Assembly (NCBI GenBank): GCA_028706395.1
Contig: JAQWBL010000003.1
Location: 14,039 to 78,038 of the forward strand
Source of the DNA: Bacilli bacterium
GTDB lineage: Bacteria; Bacillota_I; Bacilli_A; RF39; UBA660
Direction of reading: 5' to 3'
DNA length: 64,000 nt
A program made the position numbers and the translations under genes. The notes beneath the pieces were generated by a model. The model was not told the DNA's origin and searched no databases. It saw nothing but the letters and a program-made list of their open reading frames with translations. Shown piece after piece: positions 44,770 to 53,979 of this stretch; positions within the stretch are counted from its first letter, which is position 1, and each line of letters starts with the position of its first letter.

Positions 44770-47394
44770 TCACAATGATTTAACATTATTACATCCTGAT
44801 TTATCATCTTTATAATTGGTACACCCCATAAAATAACTTTTATCCTTCGAATTTTGTTTTACGACTAAAAATCCATTATCACATTTATTACAAGTTGTAA
44901 TATTTTTTTTGCATTTCAAACTATTAGTCTTAAATCCACACATTTCTTTTTCATTAGTGCAAACATATAAATTACTAATATTTAAATGATTGTTAAGGTC
45001 CTTTATTAAAGGATGTTTACAATTTGGGCATATATCATCTCTCACTCCAAATTCACTTTTTACTGCATTAGTTACTAAAACATTGGGATAGTCTTTTATT
45101 TCAGTTAAAAATGACGATGGATTACTATTTGGGGCAATAATATAAACCTTATTTTTAGTACGAGTTAAAGCAACATAAAATAATCGACGTTCTTCGGCAA
45201 ATTTAAAACTATTATCTTTTACCGCAATAATATCCATAATTGGATCATTTTTAATTTGTGATGGGAATCCATAGACCCCTTCACTACCATTGATGATAAT
45301 AACATTATCAAATCCTAATCCTTTTGAACTATGGGCCGTTAAAAAGGTTATATCAACATTTGGATTATTTATTGCTCTAATTTTATCTTGTTCATATTCG
45401 TAAAACAAATCAGAACCAATTAGATGATATTTATCAAAATTATAGCGACCTATTAATAATATTGCGGTGTCTTTTCCATACTCTTCTACAATTTTAGTAA
45501 TACATTCATCAATAGCCGTTATTTGACTCTTTCTTTTTTCAAAACTATCATCATAATTACTAATAATAACGGGCTTACTTAATCTTTTTTGAGCTCTTAA
45601 TTGTTTGATTATTTGTTTACTATTTTTCATAACAAACTTACCAGCAATATCAATTAATTCTTGGCTATTACGATAAGTATTAGTTATTTGTAATTCTTCC
45701 CCATAACCCATTAAGTCCTTAAATTCAGTAAACAAACTAACATCAGAACCAGAAAATGCAAAAACTGCTTGCCAGTCATCACCAACCGCTACTACTTTAG
45801 CATCAGTTAATCTTGATACTTCTTTGGTTAAATTAAAACGTTGAATAGATATATCTTGATATTCATCAATAATAATATATTTGTAATTTAAATCAATTTC
45901 ATCCTTCTGAGCTTTTTTCAGCAGGTCATAAGAATTATTAATCATATCATCAAAATCTATTAAATTATTAATTTTGAGTTCTGTTTCATAGTATTTAAAT
46001 AAATCTTTAATAAACGTTAAAAACATAACAATTCGGCTATCTTTTTGATATTCAATAATTAAATTATCAAAATTCTCATATTTTAAACCTTTTGATTTAT
46101 ATCCACTAACAAAATTCATACAAAACAAAATAAAGCGCATATAATAAACATCCCTATTACCTATCGATAATTGATCATAGATTTCTTTTTCATCACGTTT
46201 TCTTAAAATAATGCCCGACTTGATTAATTCTTCTTCTAAATGTTCCAGCAAACTACGACCATCTTCATATTTAGAATACGTACACATTAATTTTGTACGA
46301 TGTAGATTATGGAGTTTTGCTTTATAATCAATGCCTCTCCTATATCGATAATTTTCAACATGACTATACCTTCTATTACCGCCTTTTTCATTTATTCCAT
46401 AATGCTCTAAATAGTAAGTTTTCTCGCCAAAATTAATGGTAAAATCAGGCATATATATATTGCCGCGATTACTAAATGGATATGGTTTTTCATAATCATA
46501 TTCAATATTATTCATATATAAATAATTGGCAATCATTACCTCTTCACTCGATCTTAAAAATTCTCCACGAATCGTATACTTGTTTTTAGTACGACTATTA
46601 ATGACTTCACGATTATATTCTCCTAAACGACTTTTTAGAGTAATGTAATCATTACGTCTTTTAAAATCATGATATTCATTTATATTATCAAATTTAAAAG
46701 CTGAACTAGGAATATCAAAATAATATAGAAAAAATATTAAAAACTCTTTTAACTTCTTATTATCATTTCCTAATACTTTCGTAAAATAGTTAGCAATTAT
46801 ATTATAACTATTTGTTAAAACCTTTATCGGCTCATCGGTACTTTGCTTTAAAACATCAATTCCAAACTTATGAAAAGTACATATTTTAACCGGTATTTTA
46901 AACTCCTTATTAATTATTCTTTTTAATTCATCAACCGCTTTGTTAGTATAAGAGATAAGCATAATATCAGCTGGATCAACTTTAACTTTTTCAACTAGAT
47001 ATTTTACTTTAGCAGCCATTGTCGTTGTTTTACCACTTCCAGCACCCGCTACAATCATCGCAAAATCTTCGTCCGTTAAAACAGCTATTCGCTGTTCTGT
47101 ATCAAGATTAATATTTTTATCAATACCTTTGAATAAGTTATCAAAATATTCTTTTTCCTCAATTAATTTTCGCTTAATAAAAACATCATTATGTTTTTCT
47201 ACACTAGCATCAATATTATTAATAATTGACATTGCCTTATTAAAATCATTAGAAAAATAAACATTCTTTTTCATTTTCCAAATCTCATTGCTATTGTCTC
47301 TAATAAACTTTTTAATATCTTTCTTAGAAATATACTTATCATCAGTAATAAAAATTTCATAGTTTTTGATAATTATCTTATCTGAAGAATTCAT
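44770..47394 (-). CDS. helicase IV (HelD)-like UvrD-family helicase with nuclease-like insert and C-terminal zinc ribbons
   Basis: 874 aa. LDTEQRIAVLTDEDFAMIVAGAGSGKTTT, IIIDEYQDIS, VGDDWQAVFAFSGSD, TNTYRNS, LTAHSSKGLGFDNVII, AEERRLFYVALTRTKNKV parallel E. coli HelD. The insert ..IANYLYMNNIEYDYEKPY..IYMPDFTI..TYYLEHYG looks PD-(D/E)xK-like. The tail has two Cys clusters (CPNC..C..C and CNKC..GC..C). Confidence 0.85.
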   Translation of the reverse strand: MNSSDKIIIKNYEIFITDDKYISKKDIKKFIRDNSNEIWKMKKNVYFSNDFNKAMSIINNIDASVEKHNDVFIKRKLIEEKEYFDNLFKGIDKNINLDTEQRIAVLTDEDFAMIVAGAGSGKTTTMAAKVKYLVEKVKVDPADIMLISYTNKAVDELKRIINKEFKIPVKICTFHKFGIDVLKQSTDEPIKVLTNSYNIIANYFTKVLGNDNKKLKEFLIFFLYYFDIPSSAFKFDNINEYHDFKRRNDYITLKSRLGEYNREVINSRTKNKYTIRGEFLRSSEEVMIANYLYMNNIEYDYEKPYPFSNRGNIYMPDFTINFGEKTYYLEHYGINEKGGNRRYSHVENYRYRRGIDYKAKLHNLHRTKLMCTYSKYEDGRSLLEHLEEELIKSGIILRKRDEKEIYDQLSIGNRDVYYMRFILFCMNFVSGYKSKGLKYENFDNLIIEYQKDSRIVMFLTFIKDLFKYYETELKINNLIDFDDMINNSYDLLKKAQKDEIDLNYKYIIIDEYQDISIQRFNLTKEVSRLTDAKVVAVGDDWQAVFAFSGSDVSLFTEFKDLMGYGEELQITNTYRNSQELIDIAGKFVMKNSKQIIKQLRAQKRLSKPVIISNYDDSFEKRKSQITAIDECITKIVEEYGKDTAILLIGRYNFDKYHLIGSDLFYEYEQDKIRAINNPNVDITFLTAHSSKGLGFDNVIIINGSEGVYGFPSQIKNDPIMDIIAVKDNSFKFAEERRLFYVALTRTKNKVYIIAPNSNPSSFLTEIKDYPNVLVTNAVKSEFGVRDDICPNCKHPLIKDLNNHLNISNLYVCTNEKEMCGFKTNSLKCKKNITTCNKCDNGFLVVKQNSKDKSYFMGCTNYKDDKSGCNNVKSL

Positions 47395-47413
47395 AAAACA
47401 CCCGCCTTTATTA

Positions 47414-47440
47414 TAAAAAAAGGATAATTATTCATTATCC
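47414..47440 (-). terminator. intrinsic terminator after the small membrane ORF
   Basis: GGATAAT-tattc-ATTATCC, perfect 7-bp stem that includes the stop codon, followed on the minus strand by TTTTTTT. Confidence 0.65.
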
Positions 47441-47583
47441 TTATTAATATAGCCAATTAAAGAAAAGCCAATAACGACCACTCCAAAGCCAATAAATGAG
47501 AAGCTTAATTCTGACCAAAGAAGAAAGCCAATTATAACTAATATTGTTCCTATTGATAACCCCATTTTTACATTTTTTTCCAT
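47428..47583 (-). CDS. 51-aa two-TM membrane peptide (own promoter and terminator)
   Basis: Not in the track. MEKNVKMGLSIGTILVIIGFLLWSELSFSFIGFGVVVIGFSLIGYINKDNE. SD AAAGGTG. Upstream TTGAAA-17-TATAAT. Confidence 0.45.
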   Translation of the reverse strand: MEKNVKMGLSIGTILVIIGFLLWSELSFSFIGFGVVVIGFSLIGYINKDNE

Positions 47584-47676
47584 CATAATTCACCTTTAAG
47601 ATGTTTTCCATCTAAACTCATTATACAACAATATGTTAGATATTTCAACGAACAAATATATTGGTTTTTAGAACAA

Positions 47677-47706
47677 TAAAAAAACTGGAATAACACCAGT
47701 TTTTTC
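47677..47706. terminator. terminator after the rbs operon
   Basis: AAAACTGG-7 nt-CCAGTTTT, perfect 8-bp stem with A- and T-runs. Confidence 0.75.
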
Positions 47707-47713
47707 ACATCAT

Positions 47714-48604
47714 TTATTCAGCTTTGATTAAAGTCAAACTAACAGGAATATTAGCAGCAACATTTTCATCATTTAAGATTTTCTTAGCGTAATCAACACT
47801 CATTGTTCCCATTAATTTTGGTTGTTGTGCAACAGTAGCAGCCATTCTACCGTCGTTTACAGCTTCAACAGCATCATCAGTAGCGTCAAAACCAACAACA
47901 AAAATACCTTCAAGTTCAGCTGCTTCAATAGCTGCTAAAGCTCCTAAAGCCATTTCATCATTGTGTGCAAAAACACCAACAATTCCTTCATTTGCTTGAA
48001 TAATATTTTCCATAACATTTAACCCTTTTTCACGATTGAATTCAGCAGTTTGTTTAGCAACAACATTTAACTTATCTTTAATTGCTTCGTTAAATCCTGT
48101 TCCACGATCAATTGTTGCAGAAGCACCTGGGATACCCTCTAATTCAACAACACGTCCATTTTCACCAACTAGTTCAAGAAGATATTCACCAGCCATTTTA
48201 CCACCAGCAACATTATCTGATGCAATGTGTGTCACAACATCACCTTCGCTCGCGCTACGGTCGACTGTTATAACTGGTATTTTAGCTTCGTTAGCTGCTT
48301 TAACAGCAGCTCCAACAGCATCTGAATCAGTTGGGTTAATAATAATAATGTCTACCTTTTTACTAATTAAATCCTCAACATTAGATAGTTCTTTAGAACT
48401 TTCATCTTGAGCATCGTAAACGATCACTTCAAACCCTAATTCTTCAGCTTGTTCTTCGACACCATTCTTCAAATCAACAAAGAAAGGGTTATTCAATGTT
48501 GAAATTGAAAGTCCAATAGTCTTTTTGTCGCTTTTTCCAAAGCAACCTGTTACAGTAACTAATAGCATTGCTACTATGGCTGTTAATGATAAAAACTTTT
48601 TCAT
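47714..48604 (-). CDS. rbsB: ribose ABC transporter substrate-binding lipoprotein
   Basis: Lipobox VTGC. Periplasmic-binding-protein type I pattern (IGLSISTLNNPFF, VITVDR). Last gene of the rbs cluster. Confidence 0.9.
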   Translation of the reverse strand: MKKFLSLTAIVAMLLVTVTGCFGKSDKKTIGLSISTLNNPFFVDLKNGVEEQAEELGFEVIVYDAQDESSKELSNVEDLISKKVDIIIINPTDSDAVGAAVKAANEAKIPVITVDRSASEGDVVTHIASDNVAGGKMAGEYLLELVGENGRVVELEGIPGASATIDRGTGFNEAIKDKLNVVAKQTAEFNREKGLNVMENIIQANEGIVGVFAHNDEMALGALAAIEAAELEGIFVVGFDATDDAVEAVNDGRMAATVAQQPKLMGTMSVDYAKKILNDENVAANIPVSLTLIKAE

Positions 48605-48633
48605 AAATTCCTCCTTCTGTTTCTATCTATGTA

Positions 48634-49560
48634 TTACTTTTTACGATCAATTAAGACCGCTAAAAGTATTACAACACCTTTAACAACATCTTGGTAAAAA
48701 GATGTTACCCCCAATATATTTAATCCATTATTTAAAAATCCAATAATTAAAATACCAACAACTGTACCAAAAACTCGTCCGCGACCACCGGCTAAACTAG
48801 TGCCGCCAAGAACAACGGCAGCAATAGCATCAAGTTCATAACCCATTCCAGCATTTGGCTGTGTTGAATTTAGTCTGGATGCTAAGATGATGCTAGCAAT
48901 AGTTGTTAAAAACCCAGAAATTGTATATACTTTCATTTTCACTCTATTAATATTTATAGCTGAAAATCTAGCCGCTGTTTCATTTCCACCAACGGCATAA
49001 ACTTCTTTTCCAAAGATGGTTTTCTTAAGAATAAAAGCCACGATAATAATTGCAATAATTAAAATAATCGTAGGAATGGGAATTCCTAAAAAATATCCAC
49101 GACCAATTTCATTTACTAAATCACTTTTGAATCCAGTAATTGGTCTTCCATCCATAAATACCCTTGTAATTCCTCGATATAAAGTCATGGTACCTAATGT
49201 TGCAATAAATGCTTGTAACTTACCGTATGAAATTAAAACACCATTTACAAGTCCTAAAAGGGCTCCTAAAATAAGGGTTAAAATAATAGCAATAACCGGA
49301 TCAACACCACTTAGTAGCATTTTTGTTAAAACAGCTCCAGTAAGCGCGAAAATACTACCAACTGATAAATCAATTCCTCCAGTTAATATTACAAATGTCA
49401 TTCCCAAAGCAATTAATCCATTAATTGATACTTGTCTTAAAACATTTGATAAATTACTTATTTGAATAAAATTAATATCAATAACGGTAATTATCAGAAT
49501 GAGAACAATAAGTCCAACTAGGGCTGTATTTTTCCCTAAAAAATCCTTTACCTTGTTCAT
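48634..49560 (-). CDS. rbsC: ribose ABC transporter permease
   Basis: 308 aa polytopic. GGIDLSVGS, AIAAVVLGGTSLAGGRG. Confidence 0.9.
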   Translation of the reverse strand: MNKVKDFLGKNTALVGLIVLILIITVIDINFIQISNLSNVLRQVSINGLIALGMTFVILTGGIDLSVGSIFALTGAVLTKMLLSGVDPVIAIILTLILGALLGLVNGVLISYGKLQAFIATLGTMTLYRGITRVFMDGRPITGFKSDLVNEIGRGYFLGIPIPTIILIIAIIIVAFILKKTIFGKEVYAVGGNETAARFSAININRVKMKVYTISGFLTTIASIILASRLNSTQPNAGMGYELDAIAAVVLGGTSLAGGRGRVFGTVVGILIIGFLNNGLNILGVTSFYQDVVKGVVILLAVLIDRKK

Positions 49561-51044
49561 TATTTACCTCCCGTTGATAAAGTCATAATTTTTTCTTGAT
49601 TAAAATCCTTTTTAGATAAAATTGATTTCAATTTTCCTTCATGCATAACGGCAATTCGATCGCTCATTCCCATAACTTCTGGGAGTTCACTAGAAATCAT
49701 GATAATCGCCACCTTACTTTTCTTTAATTCATTAATTATTTCATATATTTCATATTTCGCCCCAACATCAACACCTCTTGTTGGTTCATCTAAAATAAGA
49801 ATCATTGGTGATGTTGCCAACCATTTTCCAACAACTACTTTTTGTTGATTACCACCACTTAAAGTTTTAATTTTATTATTAATATCACCAGTCTTAATAT
49901 CTAATTTATCAATATATTTTTTAGTTAATTCTTTCTCTAATTTATGGTCAACCATTTTCACTTTATTTAAAACTTCTTTTAAATTAGGTAATACCATATT
50001 ATCAACAACTGAAAAGTCTAGTACAATTCCTTCTTCTTTTCGATTTTCAGTAATATAGCCAATACCATATTTTTTAGCATCAATCGGGCTTTTAATTTTA
50101 ACACTTTTTCCAGCAACTTTTATTTCACCACTGTCTGGATGAATAATTCCAAATATCGTTTGCATAATTTCAGTTCGTCCAGATCCCATTAAACCAGAAA
50201 AACCTAAGACCTCACCTTGATGAAGATTAAAATTAATATTTTGATAATATCCACTTTTACTTAAATCATTAATTTCAAGAACAACCGCACCAGGTTTATG
50301 ATCAGTTTTCGGATATCGTTCTGTCATCTCATAACCAACCATCATTTTAATAATATCTTCAATAATTACATCTTTTATCTTTCTCGTACCAATAATTTCA
50401 CCATCTCGAAGAACTGTTACGCGATCACAAATTGTAAAAATTTCTTCCAAACGATGAGTTATATAAATAAATGATACTCCCTCTTTTTTTAAACTATTAA
50501 TTGTATCAAATAATATTTTTATTTCCCTTGCTGTTAAAGCTGATGTTGGTTCATCTAAAATAATTGTTTTTTTATTCCATAACAGAGCCGATGCAATCTC
50601 AATTAATTGTTGAAGTCCAATTGGGATATCACCCATCAAACTATCAACATCAATATCTAATCCCACCTCTTTTAACTTTGAAGAAGCAATTTTTTTCATT
50701 TGATCAACGTCAAGAAAACCCATCTTATTTTTTATATATCTTCCTAAAAACATATTTTCCCAAATTGTCATATTAGGTAAAGCATTAAGTTCTTGATGTA
50801 AGAAAGCAATATTTAATTTCATACCTTCAATTACATTTTTAACATTTATTTCTTTGCCGTCAATATATATTTCACCACTATTTTTACTTTCAATCCCTGT
50901 TAGTATTTTCATTAATGTTGATTTTCCTGCTCCGTTTTCGCCAACCAAAGCATGGACCTCACCACTATCCAATTCAAAATTAACATTTTTTAAAACAGGC
51001 ACACCATAAAAACTTTTATTTATATTTTTCATTAGTACTTTCAT
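49560..51044 (-). CDS. rbsA: ribose ABC transporter ATP-binding protein (duplicated ABC)
   Basis: GENGAGKST, LSGGNQQKV. Two nucleotide-binding domains. Confidence 0.95.
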   Translation of the reverse strand: MKVLMKNINKSFYGVPVLKNVNFELDSGEVHALVGENGAGKSTLMKILTGIESKNSGEIYIDGKEINVKNVIEGMKLNIAFLHQELNALPNMTIWENMFLGRYIKNKMGFLDVDQMKKIASSKLKEVGLDIDVDSLMGDIPIGLQQLIEIASALLWNKKTIILDEPTSALTAREIKILFDTINSLKKEGVSFIYITHRLEEIFTICDRVTVLRDGEIIGTRKIKDVIIEDIIKMMVGYEMTERYPKTDHKPGAVVLEINDLSKSGYYQNINFNLHQGEVLGFSGLMGSGRTEIMQTIFGIIHPDSGEIKVAGKSVKIKSPIDAKKYGIGYITENRKEEGIVLDFSVVDNMVLPNLKEVLNKVKMVDHKLEKELTKKYIDKLDIKTGDINNKIKTLSGGNQQKVVVGKWLATSPMILILDEPTRGVDVGAKYEIYEIINELKKSKVAIIMISSELPEVMGMSDRIAVMHEGKLKSILSKKDFNQEKIMTLSTGGK

Positions 51045-51448
51045 TAAAAAATTACTCCTGATCTTAATATTATATTAGCATACGGTGTATTCTCACCAGT
51101 TCTAATAACGGCTTTTACTTCTTTAGTTTTCTTTTTAAAGTCTTCATGGCTTACATATTTTATATCTTTTATTTGTTCACCTTCAAGTATCTTTATTGTT
51201 TCATCTAACAAGGCGTTGTTTTGAGTAATTATTTCACTAGCCAAGATAACTCCTTCAACTTTCATATCCTTTAAAACTTCCTCCAAAACATCAATAAATG
51301 CTGGACTTCCCAGTTTCAAAGAAATATCAATTTTAAGTACATCATCTGGAATTGGTAGACCACAATCTCCTATAACAATTAAATCAGTATGCCCCAAATG
51401 GCTTAACAACGTTGAAATATCACTATTTAAGATTCCTAATTTTTTCAT
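51044..51448 (-). CDS. rbsD: D-ribose pyranase
   Basis: Start at ATG 51446-51448 (MKKLGILNSDISTLLSHLGHTDLIVIGDCGLPIP) with SD GGAGG. Overlaps the rbsK 3' end. Confidence 0.9.
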   Translation of the reverse strand: MKKLGILNSDISTLLSHLGHTDLIVIGDCGLPIPDDVLKIDISLKLGSPAFIDVLEEVLKDMKVEGVILASEIITQNNALLDETIKILEGEQIKDIKYVSHEDFKKKTKEVKAVIRTGENTPYANIILRSGVIF

Positions 51449-52322
51449 CAAATTCCTCCATCTCATTAAAAGTTGGCATTCCTGTTTGAGCTCCCATTTT
51501 TTGAATTTTTAAGGCTGCAGCTCGATTAGCATATATAATGGCCTTGCTTATATCATTATCTTTTATAATTGACAACGAAAAGGCACCATTAAAAGTATCA
51601 CCTGCACCCGTTGTATCAACAATTGGTACATCATAAGCTGGAAATTTTAAAACCTTTTTCCCATCACTACATATTGCACCATCTTCTCCAAGTGTTATAA
51701 TCAGCTTATTTGGATATTTCATAACTAATGATTCATAATCACTACTATTAAAAATAAAAGTTGCTTCATGTTCATTAGGTGTTAAATAAGTAACTTTGTT
51801 AATTATATTATCATTTAGTTTAGAAGCCGGTGCCGGATTTAAAATAACCGGTACTTTGTTCTCAAAACATAAATCGACAATATATTCAACTACTTCAAAA
51901 GGTATTTCTAGTTGCAATAAAACTATCTTAGAATTTAAAATTTTATCTTTATATTTATCAATAATATCTTTAGTAATCAGGTAATTCGCACCGGGCACTA
52001 CAATGATATTATTTTCTCCATTACAAACATTAATTGAGGCAATACCGGTTGTAGCATTGGGGATTTTGATTATATTGCTAGTGTTAACATTATTTTTTTT
52101 AAAATTTTCTATTAAAAAAGTTCCGTTTAGATCAGCACCAACACAACCAATAAAGTCAACTTTACCCCCTAAACGAGAAGCAGCAACAGCTTGGTTAGCA
52201 CCTTTTCCACCCGGAACAATTTGAAATGAAGAACCAATAACTGTTTCTCCGATTTTAGGTATACGACTAGTAACAACAATTTGATCGACATTCATACTAC
52301 CAATTACGATTAAATCAGTCAT
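51423..52322 (-). CDS. rbsK: ribokinase
   Basis: VIGSMNVD, GGKGANQA, DTTGAGDTFNGA. Confidence 0.9.
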   Translation of the reverse strand: MTDLIVIGSMNVDQIVVTSRIPKIGETVIGSSFQIVPGGKGANQAVAASRLGGKVDFIGCVGADLNGTFLIENFKKNNVNTSNIIKIPNATTGIASINVCNGENNIIVVPGANYLITKDIIDKYKDKILNSKIVLLQLEIPFEVVEYIVDLCFENKVPVILNPAPASKLNDNIINKVTYLTPNEHEATFIFNSSDYESLVMKYPNKLIITLGEDGAICSDGKKVLKFPAYDVPIVDTTGAGDTFNGAFSLSIIKDNDISKAIIYANRAAALKIQKMGAQTGMPTFNEMEEFDEKIRNLK

Positions 52323-52352
52323 TCAATCACATCCTACCATCACTATAATTAC

Positions 52353-52381
52353 ATTATAAGTGGTTTTGTCAAAATTTGCAA
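52353..52381 (-). promoter_or_regulatory. sigma-A promoter of the rbs operon
   Basis: Minus strand reads TTGCAA (52376-52381), 17 nt, TATAAT (52353-52358). Confidence 0.55.
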
Positions 52382-52387
52382 GTTAAT

Positions 52388-52406
52388 ATTTACAGATAGT
52401 GTAAAT
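52388..52406. promoter_or_regulatory. inverted repeat ATTTACA-N5-TGTAAAT just upstream of the rbs -35 (candidate operator)
   Basis: Perfect 7+7 inverted repeat, 6 nt from the -35 hexamer. Confidence 0.35.
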
Positions 52407-52413
52407 TGAAAAT

Positions 52414-52443
52414 CAAAAACATCACAATTTATAATTGTGATGC
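52414..52443 (-). terminator. intrinsic terminator after asnS
   Basis: CATCACAATT-tat-AATTGTGATG, perfect 10-bp stem plus T-run on the minus strand. Confidence 0.8.
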
Positions 52444-52449
52444 TCATTT

Positions 52450-53832
52450 TTAAAATTCGCAATTTCCCGGTGTTCTTGGAAATGGAATAACATCCCTAAT
52501 ATTTTCAACACCAGTTAAATATATTAATAATCTCTCAAATCCCATACCAAACCCAGAATGTTTACAACCACCGTATTTTCTTAGATTAACATACCAATCT
52601 AATTCTTCTTTGTTAACATTCATTTCTTCCATACGGTTAAGCAGTTTATCAATTCTTTCTTCTCTTTGACTACCACCCATTAATTCACCTGCACTTGGCA
52701 CTAGTAAATCAACCGCCGCAACTGTTTCATTGTCATCATTTAAACGCATATAGAAAGCCTTTATATCTTTTGGCCAATCTTTAACAAAAACAGGTGCTTT
52801 AAAGTGAATTTCAGTTAAATATTTTTCATGTTCTTTAGCTAAATCTTCTCCATGATTTGGTTTGTTTTCAAACTTATTATTGGAATTTAATAAAATATCA
52901 ATAGCCTCTTTATGAGTAATTCTAACAGCCTTTTTATCAAGAACAAAATTTAATTTATCAAGTAACCCAGGTTCAACAAATTTATTGAAAAATTCCATTT
53001 CTACTTCAGCATTATCTAATACATATCTAATAATATATTTTAGGACATCCTCTTCAACATCCATAAGTTGCTCTAAATCACAAAAAGCAATTTCTGGTTC
53101 AATCATCCAAAACTCTGAGGCGTGAGTTTTAGTATTAGAATTCTCGGCTCTAAAAGTTGGTCCAAAGGTATAAATTCGTTTATACGCTAAAGCAAAAGCT
53201 TCACCTTGTAATTGACCGGATACTGTTAATGAAGTTTCCTTGTGGAAAAAATCCCTACTATAATCAACACCATTCTTATCAAGTGGTAACTTGTTTAAAT
53301 CTAATGTAGTAACCTTAAACATTTCGCCGGCACCTTCAGCATCACTACCTGTAATGATTGGACTATGAAGATAAACATAACCACGTTCTTGAAAATAAGT
53401 ATGGATAGCCATTGCCACTAAACTTCTTATTCTAAATGTTGCATTAAAAAGATTAGTACGAGGTCTTAAATATCCTACTTCTCTTAAAAATTCTCTAGTA
53501 TGTCTTTTAGGTTGAATTGGGTAATCCTCTGGACAATCCCCTTCTAAAGTAATCTCTTTTAATTCAATTTCAAAAGCTTGATTTTTTCCAAGTGACTCAA
53601 TTACATTTCCAACTACTCTAATAGCTGAACCAACACGATATTTAGTTATTTCATCAAAGTCTTTTAAATGATTTCCATATACAATTTGAACTGATTTAAA
53701 ATATGTTCCATCATTAAAATCAATAAACCCAAATTCTTTTTGTTTACGATGATTTCTAATCCAACCCTCTAAAACAACTTCTTGACCTAAATAATCTTTT
53801 TCATATATTTCCTTAACATCAATAACCTTCAT
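52450..53832 (-). CDS. asnS: asparagine--tRNA ligase
   Basis: Start at ATG 53830-53832 (MKVIDVKEIY) with SD AGGAGG. FRAENSNTKTHASEFWMIEPE, GFGMGFERL. Confidence 0.95.
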   Translation of the reverse strand: MKVIDVKEIYEKDYLGQEVVLEGWIRNHRKQKEFGFIDFNDGTYFKSVQIVYGNHLKDFDEITKYRVGSAIRVVGNVIESLGKNQAFEIELKEITLEGDCPEDYPIQPKRHTREFLREVGYLRPRTNLFNATFRIRSLVAMAIHTYFQERGYVYLHSPIITGSDAEGAGEMFKVTTLDLNKLPLDKNGVDYSRDFFHKETSLTVSGQLQGEAFALAYKRIYTFGPTFRAENSNTKTHASEFWMIEPEIAFCDLEQLMDVEEDVLKYIIRYVLDNAEVEMEFFNKFVEPGLLDKLNFVLDKKAVRITHKEAIDILLNSNNKFENKPNHGEDLAKEHEKYLTEIHFKAPVFVKDWPKDIKAFYMRLNDDNETVAAVDLLVPSAGELMGGSQREERIDKLLNRMEEMNVNKEELDWYVNLRKYGGCKHSGFGMGFERLLIYLTGVENIRDVIPFPRTPGNCEF

Positions 53833-53948
53833 ATTTCCTCCTAATAAAAAACAATTACAAGAAAGGTCTGGATAGTTTAATACCACCTTTATCATAATTG
53901 ATTATTTGTATTAACCGTTTACATCCAGTCAGTCTCTTTATATTTATT

Positions 53949-53977
53949 ATTATAGCCACACTTGGTTAATTAGTCAA
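53949..53977 (-). promoter_or_regulatory. sigma-A promoter of asnS
   Basis: Minus strand reads TTGACT (53972-53977), 17 nt, TATAAT (53949-53954). Confidence 0.55.
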
Positions 53978-53979
53978 CC

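Noticed and set aside
48036-49465. Plus-strand ORFs 48036..48410 and 49016..49465
   Set aside because: They are antisense shadows of rbsB and rbsC. Their length reflects the higher G+C and Ala/Gly-rich codons of those genes.
50564-52224. Plus-strand ORFs 50564..50776, 51796..51984 and 52003..52224
   Set aside because: They are antisense shadows of rbsA and rbsK.
53833-53979. T-box or attenuator leader upstream of asnS (long-range CTGGAT/ATCCAG pairing followed by a T-rich stretch)
   Set aside because: The leader is only about 110 nt after the predicted promoter. It has no specifier-loop/T-box sequence (no ..GGUGGNACCGCG-like motif), and the pairing is short. I treat it as an ordinary 5' UTR.
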